A stretch of DNA of 64,000 nucleotides from Rhodobiaceae bacterium. GTDB taxonomy: Bacteria > Pseudomonadota > Alphaproteobacteria > Rhizobiales > JANQQB01. Location: the NCBI GenBank assembly GCA_028285165.1, contig JANQQB010000331.1:4942-68941 (forward strand). Direction: 5' to 3'. Both the position numbers and the translations under genes were made by a program. The notes under the pieces were generated by a model. It was given only the letters and a program-made list of their open reading frames with translations, made no database searches and was not told the DNA's origin. This document shows positions 1-8,304 of the stretch, in pieces; position 1 is the stretch's first letter, and every line of letters begins with the position of its first letter.

Positions 1-294
1 GTCGTCGCCCGGCGCCAGGCCCGACGTCGCATAGGTCTCCAGCGTATCGAAGCCGGTCAGATCCGGTTCCTGTTCCAGATAGCGGATGGTTGCGCCCGGA
101 TGCACAAAGCGCTCGCCGGCGTCGGCTTCGACGAAGCCGGCGGCAACCTTGAGCAGCGTCGATTTGCCGGATCCGTTGCGGCCCACGAGGCAGACGCGGT
201 CCCGGTCGTGCACGGCAAGGTCGGCACCGGTCAGGAGAGGCGTGCCGCCGAATCCGAGATGGATTGCCTGTAAGGTCAGAAGGGGAGGAGCCAT
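1..294 (-). CDS. ABC-F family ATPase (Uup/EttA-like), N-terminal part; gene continues past the window start
   Basis: Reverse translation from the ATG at 294 gives MAPPLLTLQAIHLGFGGTPLLTGADLAVHDRDRVCLVGRNGSGKSTLLKV..., with Walker A GRNGSGKST. The frame is open to position 1, so it is absent from the ORF track. Confidence 0.8.
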   Translation of the reverse strand, partial: MAPPLLTLQAIHLGFGGTPLLTGADLAVHDRDRVCLVGRNGSGKSTLLKVAAGFVEADAGERFVHPGATIRYLEQEPDLTGFDTLETYATSGLAPGDD

Positions 295-342
295 GGCGTC
301 GCCATATCCGCGCCCGTGGCGGGATGCAAGCAAAAGCGCCGT

Positions 343-1407
343 TTAAATAGCCGGTTCGACAGTCGTGCCCGCAGGCGCGCGAGATTGGGTTTCGCCGACG
401 CTTTCGTCGAGCGCGTGCAAAACGAACTTGCGGGCGGCGAATGGCGCCAGCGCCCTCAATTCGGGCAGAAGATGCAGATCGATCAGCTTGCAGCACACGG
501 CGGCGAGGCGTTTGGGCAGGTCGGCGAATTCGCCGCGGCGCGCCACGAGGCTGGCGGTGCGGGTGAACCCGCTGAATGGCAATTCGTGTAGGTCCAGACT
601 GTCGCGGAAGCGGATCGAATCCATCATGCAGAGCGGCGTAACGAGCGCCCAGCCGCCGATGTCGCGCGTGACCGCAAGCAGCGAGCGCGTGGCATCGAAT
701 GTGTACCGGGTCTTTGTCGTGATCTTCAGCCGCCTGAGATGCATGTTGACCAGGCGTCCGAGCGGCAATTCGGGATCGAAATGCACGAAGGGAATACCGG
801 TCAATTGTTCCACGATGTCGTGCGTCGGGTCCACCACGCCCTTGGCACAAACCAGCATGAAGGGTTCGGTGAAGACCGGAATGACCTCGTAGGTCTCCTG
901 ATCGGAGGGCGGATCGGCCGTGATGGCGATGTCCGTCTTGCGCTGGATCAGCATTTCCGTCATCGCGTCGGACCGCCCGGAAAACGCGGAAAACACGCAG
1001 CCGGGAAAGCGCGCCGTGACATGGCCTGCGAGCGCCGGCGTGACAGTGGCGTCCAGATCGTCGATGACGCCCATACGCAGCCGGTTGGGCTTCAGGAGTT
1101 CCATGGCCATCAGTTCGGATCGGGCCGTGCTGACAGCATCGAGGATCCGGCTGGCGTGCTTTTTCAGGAGCGTGCCCGTCGGCGTCAGCACCATCGGCCG
1201 CACGGTCCGGTCGAACAGCGGGCCGCCGACACTCTTTTCCAGCGCCGAGATCTGCTGCGAGACGCCGGACGAGGAAGACCGCAACCGGGCGGCGGCCGCG
1301 GCCATGGCGCCGCATTCCTCGACCGTCAGAAAGACCCGCAATGCCTTGAGGCTGAAATCGGTCGTGAGCTCGAGCGGTTCACGATTGTCGGCAAAGGTCT
1401 TTTTCAT
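343..1407 (-). CDS. LysR family transcriptional regulator
   Basis: The N-terminal HTH (LKALRVFLTVEECGAMAAAAARLRSSSSGVSQQISALE) is typical of LysR, followed by a substrate-binding-like C-terminal domain. The track ORF is 343..1470; I moved the start to the ATG at 1407 (MKKTF...). Confidence 0.85.
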   Translation of the reverse strand: MKKTFADNREPLELTTDFSLKALRVFLTVEECGAMAAAAARLRSSSSGVSQQISALEKSVGGPLFDRTVRPMVLTPTGTLLKKHASRILDAVSTARSELMAMELLKPNRLRMGVIDDLDATVTPALAGHVTARFPGCVFSAFSGRSDAMTEMLIQRKTDIAITADPPSDQETYEVIPVFTEPFMLVCAKGVVDPTHDIVEQLTGIPFVHFDPELPLGRLVNMHLRRLKITTKTRYTFDATRSLLAVTRDIGGWALVTPLCMMDSIRFRDSLDLHELPFSGFTRTASLVARRGEFADLPKRLAAVCCKLIDLHLLPELRALAPFAARKFVLHALDESVGETQSRAPAGTTVEPAI

Positions 1408-1527
1408 CGTCTTTTGGTGTGTCTGTTCGGATAGGATCGAACAGTAAAGCATGGCCCGCGTGCGGACCATGCTTCGTTTTGTCGGATGGTAAAGGCGTCA
1501 ATGTATGTCTGAACGACACTTCGGCCT

Positions 1528-3057
1528 TTACTTGCCTTCCATCTGCCGCCGATAGCTGCCCTGGACGATCCGGTCGATGACCATGGCGCAGAACAGGATG
1601 GCGAGACCGGCGAGCAGGCCCGGGCCCTTCGCCGCGTATTGCAGCGCTTCCAGGATGTCCGCGCCGAGGCCCTCCGCGCCGATCAGCGACGCGATCACCA
1701 CCATGGACAGGCTCATCAGGATCGTCTGGTTGATACCCGTCATGATCGACGGCATTGCCAGCGGAATTTCCACGTTGCGCAACAATTGCCATTTGGTACA
1801 GCCGAAGGCGACCGCCGCTTCCTTAGTGTTTTCCGGAACCCCGCGCATGCCGAGCGCCGTCAGCCGGATGACCGGCGGCATGGCGAAGATGATCGTGGCC
1901 AGAACGCCGGGCGGTTTGCCGGTCCCGAAAAACGCGATGATCGGGATCAGATATACGAAGGCCGGCATGGTCTGCATGAAGTCGAGCACCGGTTCGGCCG
2001 CCGCATAGGCGCGTTTGCTCTTGCCGAACCAGATCCCGAGCGGAATGCCGAACAGGACGCACAGGAAAGCGCCGGCGCCGATCAGGGCGACGGTGATCAT
2101 CGAGGTTTCCCACAACCCGAACAGCGCCAGATAGCCCAGTGCGGCGGCCGTGAAGATGGCTACCCGTGGCCCGGCGAGCCTGAGGGCCATAACGACGATG
2201 ACGACCATGACAACCGGCCACGGCGTTTCGATCAAAACGATTTCCAACCCGTCAAGAACCCAGTCGATGGCGGTGGTGACACCTCGAAAGACATGGCCGA
2301 AGTCAGTCGCCAGCCAGTCGAAGCCGCCTTCCAGCCAATTGGCGACTGGGGCGAAATACTCCTTGTTGATCGGTACTTTGACGACTTCCGGGACCGGCTC
2401 CGAAACCGTAAACCGGTAAAGTGTCAATGGCCAGATCGCCAGAAGCAGGAAAGCGCCAAAGGCCGCGTTGTTTTGGCTTGTACCCGAGGGCGTGCTCGGA
2501 TTGGCGCGCCAGCGCAGATACTGGGATTCGTAGGCATAGTTCGCGTAGAAGCCTTCGAACAGTTTTATCGCGACAATAAGGGCGAGGCCGGTGAGCAGGA
2601 TCGGGATTGCCTCCGCCGCCGCCGCATCGGCCTGTTCTTTGATGCCTTCGGCTGCCCTCCTGAGGTTGCCCGCGATCTTCAGGGCCGCGTCGGCGGCGGC
2701 CTGATCGCCGGCTGCCGCGGCTTCCGCGGCTTGCTCTTCACGTCTGGCGACGTTGGCGAGCAGGCGTTCGTAGCGTGCCGTCAGTTCGGCGCCGAGATCG
2801 CCCCATAGTCCGCGGCCGATCTGAACGAGGGCGAAAAGCTCCAGCACGAGAAACGTCCAGAAGAAGCCCCAGGCACCGCGCCAGGCGCCCCAGATCGGAC
2901 CCAAGAGGGCGGCCGACATGTTCCATGACCAGGTAAAGCCGGTCTGGCCCTGGATCCTGGAGAATTCGGCGGAATAGTAGTCGGAGTTTTCCTTGGTGAA
3001 TTCGCCGACCGAAGCATCCAGGGATTTCGGTCCGAGTTCGAGACCCGTATCGGTCAT
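1528..3057 (-). CDS. proW: Glycine betaine/proline-type ABC transporter permease with an N-terminal DUF2628-like extension
   Basis: The C-terminal half is a ProW/OpuAB-like permease core (MPAFVYLIPIIAFFGTGKPPGVLATIIFAMPPVIRLT). About 230 extra N-terminal residues carry YYSAEF...WSWNMSAALLGPIW and an Ala-rich linker. There is an ATGA overlap with the upstream ATPase gene. Confidence 0.85.
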   Translation of the reverse strand: MTDTGLELGPKSLDASVGEFTKENSDYYSAEFSRIQGQTGFTWSWNMSAALLGPIWGAWRGAWGFFWTFLVLELFALVQIGRGLWGDLGAELTARYERLLANVARREEQAAEAAAAGDQAAADAALKIAGNLRRAAEGIKEQADAAAAEAIPILLTGLALIVAIKLFEGFYANYAYESQYLRWRANPSTPSGTSQNNAAFGAFLLLAIWPLTLYRFTVSEPVPEVVKVPINKEYFAPVANWLEGGFDWLATDFGHVFRGVTTAIDWVLDGLEIVLIETPWPVVMVVIVVMALRLAGPRVAIFTAAALGYLALFGLWETSMITVALIGAGAFLCVLFGIPLGIWFGKSKRAYAAAEPVLDFMQTMPAFVYLIPIIAFFGTGKPPGVLATIIFAMPPVIRLTALGMRGVPENTKEAAVAFGCTKWQLLRNVEIPLAMPSIMTGINQTILMSLSMVVIASLIGAEGLGADILEALQYAAKGPGLLAGLAILFCAMVIDRIVQGSYRRQMEGK

Positions 3058-4115
3058 GCCTTGCCTCCCTGAATGCCCTTGAGCAACGTCGTCTTGTTGA
3101 CGACACCGACGTCCTCACCATCGTCGTTCTGGATGACGATCGGCTGGTCCGTGGTGGTGGTAATGTCGATGAGCTGGTCGAGATCGGTACCGTGCGAGGC
3201 GCGCGGTGCCTGCTGCAGATCTTCGCCGTTGGCAGGCTGGTAGGAGCCGATGTCTTCCATGATGGAATGGGCAAAGACCAGTTTCAGCTTGGAGATGCCT
3301 TCCACGAAGTCCTTCACGTAGTCGTCCGCCGGTTTCGTGACGATTTCCTCCGGCGTGCCGATCTGGACGATCCGGCCGTCCTTCATAATGGCGATGCGAT
3401 TGCCGATACGGATCGCTTCGTCGAGGTCGTGGGTGATGAACACGGTCGTCTTGTGCAGTTCCGACGACAGCGCCATGAACTGGTCCTGCAATTGCCGGCG
3501 AATCAAGGGATCGAGCGCCGAGAACGGTTCATCCATCAGGAGCACTTCCGGATCCGACGCCAACGCGCGGGCCAACCCGACGCGTTGTTGCATGCCGCCC
3601 GAAAGCTCGCGGGGAAACCGGTCCTCGTAGCCGTCGAGATTGACCAATCCCAGACAGTGTTGCGAGACTTCCCACCGCTTCGACTTCGGCTCGCCGCGCA
3701 CTTGCAGCGGAAAACCGACATTGTCGCGCACGGTCCGGTGCGGCAGGAGCGCCATGTGCTGGAACACCATGCCGATCTTCATGGCGCGCATTTCGCGCAG
3801 CTCATTGCCGTTCAGCGCCAGCATGTCCCGTCCGAGCATGTGAATACTGCCGGATGTCGGTTCGATCAGGCGGTTCAAGTGGCGCACCATGGTCGACTTG
3901 CCCGACCCCGACAGCCCCATGACACAGAAGATCTCGCCACGTTTCACAGTGAACGAGCAGTCGGCAATGCCGACCACGCAGCCGAATTCCTGCAGGACCT
4001 CCGGCTTGGTGAGTCCGCGTTCCTTGATGGCCTGCATGGCCTCGTCGGAGCGGTCGCCGAAAATCTTCCAGACATTTTCTAGAATGATGACATCGTCGTC
4101 AGAGTTTTCAGACAC
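3054..4115 (-). CDS. proV: Glycine betaine/proline ABC transporter ATP-binding protein
   Basis: Walker A GLSGSGKST, signature LSGGMQQRV, Walker B LLMDEPFSALD, and a C-terminal CBS-like regulatory tail as in ProV/OpuAA. Confidence 0.9.
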   Translation of the reverse strand: MSENSDDDVIILENVWKIFGDRSDEAMQAIKERGLTKPEVLQEFGCVVGIADCSFTVKRGEIFCVMGLSGSGKSTMVRHLNRLIEPTSGSIHMLGRDMLALNGNELREMRAMKIGMVFQHMALLPHRTVRDNVGFPLQVRGEPKSKRWEVSQHCLGLVNLDGYEDRFPRELSGGMQQRVGLARALASDPEVLLMDEPFSALDPLIRRQLQDQFMALSSELHKTTVFITHDLDEAIRIGNRIAIMKDGRIVQIGTPEEIVTKPADDYVKDFVEGISKLKLVFAHSIMEDIGSYQPANGEDLQQAPRASHGTDLDQLIDITTTTDQPIVIQNDDGEDVGVVNKTTLLKGIQGGKA

Positions 4116-4285
4116 CCGGATTCTCCCCCTGGAAATTGGCGCGCGGCTTCAATCCCGTCAGACAGGGGCCGGCGCGGTCGGGTGATCGTGGCAGGGCCGA
4201 GGCGGGCGCTGGCGCGTTCCCGGACGCCAGGGAACCGCTGCGGGTCGAACAACCCGCTAAGTGGCCCGGTTTTTTCTGTAGTTGG

Positions 4286-4317
4286 TTGAGGCGCCGTCTT
4301 CGGGCGCGGCGCCTCAA
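4286..4317 (-). terminator. GC-rich stem-loop immediately 3' of the substrate-binding gene (intercistronic attenuator/stabiliser)
   Basis: TTGAGGCGCCG-N10-CGGCGCCTCAA forms an 11-bp perfect stem, 10 nt past the proX stop and about 170 nt before proV. There is no clear U-tract. Confidence 0.5.
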
Positions 4318-4326
4318 CATTTCGGT

Positions 4327-5283
4327 TTACTGCAGCCAGGAATCGACAAGTGAGCCGTTATCGGCGACCCATTTCTTGGCGAATTCTTCCGGATCCTGCT
4401 TTTCAACGACAAGCGCGTAGGTCATCGAAGAAACAGTGTCGGTGTCCAGCTTGATGTTGGCCAACAGGCTGGCAGCTGCCGGATTGGATTCTTCAAGCGC
4501 TGCTGCATAGTGGATGTGAAGGTAGGCCAGATCCCAGGCCACGCCGGCCTCGGATTTTTCCAGCCATTCCGGATCGTCGGTCGGCTGAATCACATTCCAT
4601 TTTGCGGCATCATAGTCCGGCTCTTCGAGCACGACCAGTTTGTGCAGAGCGAACATGTGGTGCGGCGTGTAGCAGAAGAAGACAATCGGCTTGTTCTGCG
4701 CCACGGCGTTGTCGACCTCGGCAAGCGCAAGCGTTTCGTCCATTTCCTTCAGGTTCATGGTTTCCGCATAACCGTAGGACTTGGCGCGGACTTTTTCGAC
4801 ATTGGTGGAGGCCCAGCCGGCGGCACCGATCCAGATTTCGCCCTTGCCGTCACCGTCCGTGTCGAACTTCGCGGCCATTTCCGGATCCGTCAGATCCGAA
4901 AGCGACTTGATACCCGTCGAAGCGGCGGTTCCTTCCGTAACGCACATGCCCTGAAAGGCGGCGACGCCGTTCGGGTTCATTTTGACGGTCTTTCTGTCCT
5001 TCACGAACTTTTCGTTCAGGTTGACCTGGTTCGGCAGCCAGACTTCCGGATGCACATGCATGGCGCCCGAATCCATGGCTTCGAACACGATCGGGTTGGT
5101 GCCGTTCTGCAGTTCGACTTCAAGACCGAGATTGTCTTCCATGACCACTTTGATGACGTGGGCTGTCACGCGGACAGACGGCCAGTTCGGCACGCCGATC
5201 ACCACATCTGCCGCTTGCGCAACACCGCCAAAGGCCATGACCGACGCCAATCCCGCTCCCAGGAATGCCGTTTTCGCTGTCAT
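4327..5283 (-). CDS. proX: Glycine betaine-type ABC transporter substrate-binding protein
   Basis: Signal peptide MTAKTAFLGAGLASVMAFGGVAQA, an OpuAC/ProX-like fold by sequence feel, and position as first gene of the proX-proV-proW arrangement. Confidence 0.8.
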   Translation of the reverse strand: MTAKTAFLGAGLASVMAFGGVAQAADVVIGVPNWPSVRVTAHVIKVVMEDNLGLEVELQNGTNPIVFEAMDSGAMHVHPEVWLPNQVNLNEKFVKDRKTVKMNPNGVAAFQGMCVTEGTAASTGIKSLSDLTDPEMAAKFDTDGDGKGEIWIGAAGWASTNVEKVRAKSYGYAETMNLKEMDETLALAEVDNAVAQNKPIVFFCYTPHHMFALHKLVVLEEPDYDAAKWNVIQPTDDPEWLEKSEAGVAWDLAYLHIHYAAALEESNPAAASLLANIKLDTDTVSSMTYALVVEKQDPEEFAKKWVADNGSLVDSWLQ

Positions 5284-5391
5284 TTCTGTTCCTTCCGTTT
5301 TTCTTCATTGAGAGAACCGACGGCAAATAGTCATCATACCGACACAGATCTGTCGACCGCTAGATGCGACTTCATTTTTTTTAAACTGATT

Positions 5392-5408
5392 ATTCAGCAA
5401 ATCTGAAT
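5392..5408. promoter_or_regulatory. Perfect 6-5-6 palindrome upstream of the proX operon (candidate operator)
   Basis: ATTCAG-CAAAT-CTGAAT sits in an AT-rich patch about 110 bp upstream of the proX start. Confidence 0.3.
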
Positions 5409-5780
5409 GTTAGGGGGCGTCGTCAAGGGATATCGCGGGCAGGATTTTATTAGCCCTGTTCGGCACTTGTCGGTCGAAGTCAAGAATCTGCGAGAAGCGC
5501 GGACAACATTCCGCTTGCATTTTCACCGACGATGGGCCATTTGACGTTTGTTGCGCTGCAAAAGAGGTGGTCGACGAAAGTCCTGCCCCGGCAGCCGAAC
5601 ATCCTTCTCCTTTTCCCGACATACGGCAATCGGCGAAGTGGGTCGGGCTTGCAGCCCGAACGCGACAGCGTGGATTTGCCGTAATTCCGGCATGGCGTCG
5701 CCTTAGAAAAAAGTTCTTCCAGCACGCTTGGCAGGACATATGGCTGGTGCAAGGCGCCGGCCCTGAAAGATATTGTTTGA

Positions 5781-7103
5781 ATGAATGACATGACGTTTTT
5801 GGACCTTGGCCTGCCGGCAGGCCTGGTTTCTGTAATCAACAAAGCCGGCTTCACAACCCCCAAACCGATTCAAGAGCAGGCGATCCCCGTCCAGTTGGAG
5901 GGCCGCGACGTGCTCGGCATTGCCCAGACCGGCTCCGGCAAGACCGCAGCGTTCGGTCTGCCGCTGATCACCGGCCTGATCGCCGAGGGCGGGCGGTCGC
6001 TGCCGAAAGCCCCGCGCGGACTGGTGCTCGCCCCGACCCGGGAACTTGCCGTCCAGATCGAAGAGACCTTGCGGACCTTCCTGCGGGGCTCCGGCCTGAC
6101 GACTGTTCTGGTCTTCGGCGGCGTGCCGCGCCGGCCGCAGGTCAACAAACTGGCGCGCGGCGCCGACATCGTGGTGGCAACGCCCGGCCGCCTGAAGGAA
6201 TTGCTCGACACAAAATGCCTGACACTCGCGGAAACCCGCTGGCTGGTGCTCGATGAAGCCGACCGCATGCTCGACATGGGCTTCATACGCGACGTGCGCC
6301 GGATCGTGAAAGCGACGGCATCCAATCGCCGCACGGCTCTGTTTTCCGCCACGATGGACCCGGACGTCGCCGAACTGGCGAACGGATTGCTGCGCGATCC
6401 TGTTCGGATCGACGTCGCCCCGCAGGGCACGACCATCGAGGCCATCCGCCAGGAATTGCTGCCGACGCCCGGTGGCTCGAAACGCGGCCGGCTCGCCAAC
6501 GTGCTGAAGGGCGATGACGTGACCCGGGCCATCGTCTTTACGCGAACGAAACGCTCCGCCGATCGGGTCGCAAAGAATCTCACGACGGACGGCTTTGCAG
6601 TAGCGGCGATCCACGGCAACAAGTCCCAGAATGCACGCCAATCCGCCTTGCGCGGTTTTCGTGACGGCAAGATCAGTGTCCTGGTCGCCACGGACATCGC
6701 CGCGCGCGGCAACGACATCCCGATGATAAGCCACGTCATCAATTACGAACTGCCGGACGAGCCGGATTCCTATGTTCACCGCATCGGCCGAACCGGCCGC
6801 AACGGTGCGACCGGCGCAGCGCTGACGCTGTTCGATCCGGGCGAGCGGGCGAAGTTGAAGGCGATCGAAAAGCTGATCCGTAAGGCCATTCCGCTTGCCG
6901 AAGGTGAAATCGAACTGCCGCAGGAAGACACCAAGAAAAGCCCGGACGAGGGCGGCCGGACAAAGTCCCGCAACCGCAATCGAAAGCCGCGCCGCCCATC
7001 CGCGCGGTCCGGCCGAGGCCGGCCGGCGCGCGGCCAGAAGCGGGCGGAAAAGGGGCGGGCAGGGGCCGGTTCGGCACCCGCTTCGATGACCCCGTCCGTA
7101 TAA
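5781..7103 (+). CDS. rhlE: DEAD-box ATP-dependent RNA helicase
   Basis: Motifs AQTGSGKT, DEAD (VLDEADRMLDMGF), SAT and HRIGRTGR, with a basic Arg/Lys/Gly-rich C-terminal tail. An alternative start lies at 5790 (MTFLDLGL). Confidence 0.9.
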   Translation: MNDMTFLDLGLPAGLVSVINKAGFTTPKPIQEQAIPVQLEGRDVLGIAQTGSGKTAAFGLPLITGLIAEGGRSLPKAPRGLVLAPTRELAVQIEETLRTFLRGSGLTTVLVFGGVPRRPQVNKLARGADIVVATPGRLKELLDTKCLTLAETRWLVLDEADRMLDMGFIRDVRRIVKATASNRRTALFSATMDPDVAELANGLLRDPVRIDVAPQGTTIEAIRQELLPTPGGSKRGRLANVLKGDDVTRAIVFTRTKRSADRVAKNLTTDGFAVAAIHGNKSQNARQSALRGFRDGKISVLVATDIAARGNDIPMISHVINYELPDEPDSYVHRIGRTGRNGATGAALTLFDPGERAKLKAIEKLIRKAIPLAEGEIELPQEDTKKSPDEGGRTKSRNRNRKPRRPSARSGRGRPARGQKRAEKGRAGAGSAPASMTPSV

Positions 7104-7152
7104 ATGCCGCACCACACGTCCCTGGATGGGGCGTGATCGGTTCGACGATTGG

Positions 7153-7186
7153 CGCCTGTGTCCACTTTCGATGGTGGACACAGGCG
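7153..7186. terminator. 13-bp perfect-stem hairpin between convergent genes
   Basis: CGCCTGTGTCCAC-N8-GTGGACACAGGCG lies 50 nt after the rhlE stop. No strong U-tract. Confidence 0.45.
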
Positions 7187-7296
7187 ATGCAAATCTTTGA
7201 CGAGGAGCCGGGACCGTGGTTTCCGGCCTTTCGACGAGAAGCGGCGGAACGCACCGCAGGCGGTGTGTTTCGGACAGAAGGGACGGGGCTGTCGGC

Positions 7297-7728
7297 CTAT
7301 CCCCGCTCGACCTTCTCCACCACGATCTCCACCTCTTCCACGAGGGTTTCGTTGCCTTCGCCGATCAGCGGGCCGAACGTCCATTTGCAGGGCCAGGCTT
7401 CGTAAAAGTTGAACCGGCCGACTTCTCCTCCCGCATCGTCGAGGATGATCACCGATCCGGCCTTGCGCTCGATCTTGCCGTCGACCACGGCCTTGCGCCA
7501 GTTCCACAATTCGTCGGAATGGGTGTAGCCGCGCTTCAACGTGATATTGGCGTATTTTGTGCGGCCCGGGCGTTTGCGAAGCACGAGGTCCGCGCCGTCC
7601 TGATATTCCACGACCTCGGTTTCGGAATTGAGGCCGGAGACTTCGGCAAAGGCGCCGACAGTCACGCCTTCGATCTCAACGTTGAAGTTGTAATTGCCGA
7701 GATGATCGAATTGCCTGCGGTTGGGCAT
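7297..7728 (-). CDS. Phage tail tube-like protein (T4 gp19 / 'conserved hypothetical phage tail region protein' type)
   Basis: MPNRRQFDHLGNYNFNVEIEGVTVGAFAEVSGLNSETEVVEYQDG...RKRPGRTKYANITLKRGYTHSDELWNWR matches the tail-tube family signature seen in contractile injection systems. The ATG at 7728 is preceded by GGGGGGAA. The upstream part of track ORF 7297..8184 was discarded. Confidence 0.7.
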   Translation of the reverse strand: MPNRRQFDHLGNYNFNVEIEGVTVGAFAEVSGLNSETEVVEYQDGADLVLRKRPGRTKYANITLKRGYTHSDELWNWRKAVVDGKIERKAGSVIILDDAGGEVGRFNFYEAWPCKWTFGPLIGEGNETLVEEVEIVVEKVERG

Positions 7729-7842
7729 GGTTCCCCCCTGGCGCGGTAACGATGTTGCGCAAGCATAGCGAAAATCAGACAAAAATGCTAAACCCAAAAG
7801 GCCTTTAAACCTGCGGCGTCGGCATCCGCATGCGAGACCGCC

Positions 7843-8244
7843 ATGGCCCGAAACCCGGTCCGGAAAACCAGCAATCCTGCGTTGTTTCTCGACGTCCTCT
7901 TCGAGGACGGCCAGTTTTTCTTTGTGATCCAGAACACCAGCGACGCACCGATCTATCAGGCGTCGATCGAATTCGACAAAAAGATCATCGGGCGGGACGG
8001 AGAAACGAACCTCGCCGCGCTGAAGATTTTCCGCAAGATCGAAACCCTGGCGCCGCACAAGGCGATCCGCATCTTCATCGACCGCCGCGGCCCCTATTTC
8101 GCAAGGCGCCAGCCGGCGTCGATTTCGGCGAAAATCGCATACACGGACGCGGAAGGGACGCGTTTTGCGAGCGTCCTGAAGCACGATCTGTCGATCTATA
8201 AGGATCTGGATTGCGACGGAGTCGGGGGAGGTGCCCGCCGCTAA
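7843..8244 (+). CDS. Hypothetical protein (133 aa), divergent from the tail-tube-like gene
   Basis: The ORF has strongly GC-biased third positions, consistent with coding in this genome. I recognise no family. Confidence 0.55.
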   Translation: MARNPVRKTSNPALFLDVLFEDGQFFFVIQNTSDAPIYQASIEFDKKIIGRDGETNLAALKIFRKIETLAPHKAIRIFIDRRGPYFARRQPASISAKIAYTDAEGTRFASVLKHDLSIYKDLDCDGVGGGARR

Positions 8245-8304
8245 TGCGACGGGCGTGTTCCATCTGATCGACCCGGTATCACCGCGTCAAAGACCTGCCC
8301 CTGA

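Noticed and set aside
5703-7181. 492-aa ORF antisense to the rhlE helicase gene
   Set aside because: It is an Arg/Gly/Ala-rich shadow ORF of the kind generated by high GC opposite a real gene. The rhlE frame carries all the helicase motifs. The same reasoning applies to many long antisense ORFs in the track, for example 25694..26920, 28057..29076, 36675..37646, 42376..43341, 43419..44468, 45278..46354 and 61059..62207.
7729-8184. N-terminal 152-aa extension of the tail-tube-like ORF (track ORF 7297..8184)
   Set aside because: The family-like sequence starts at MPNRRQF, with a strong RBS at 7728. The extension overlaps the divergent 133-aa gene and looks non-coding.
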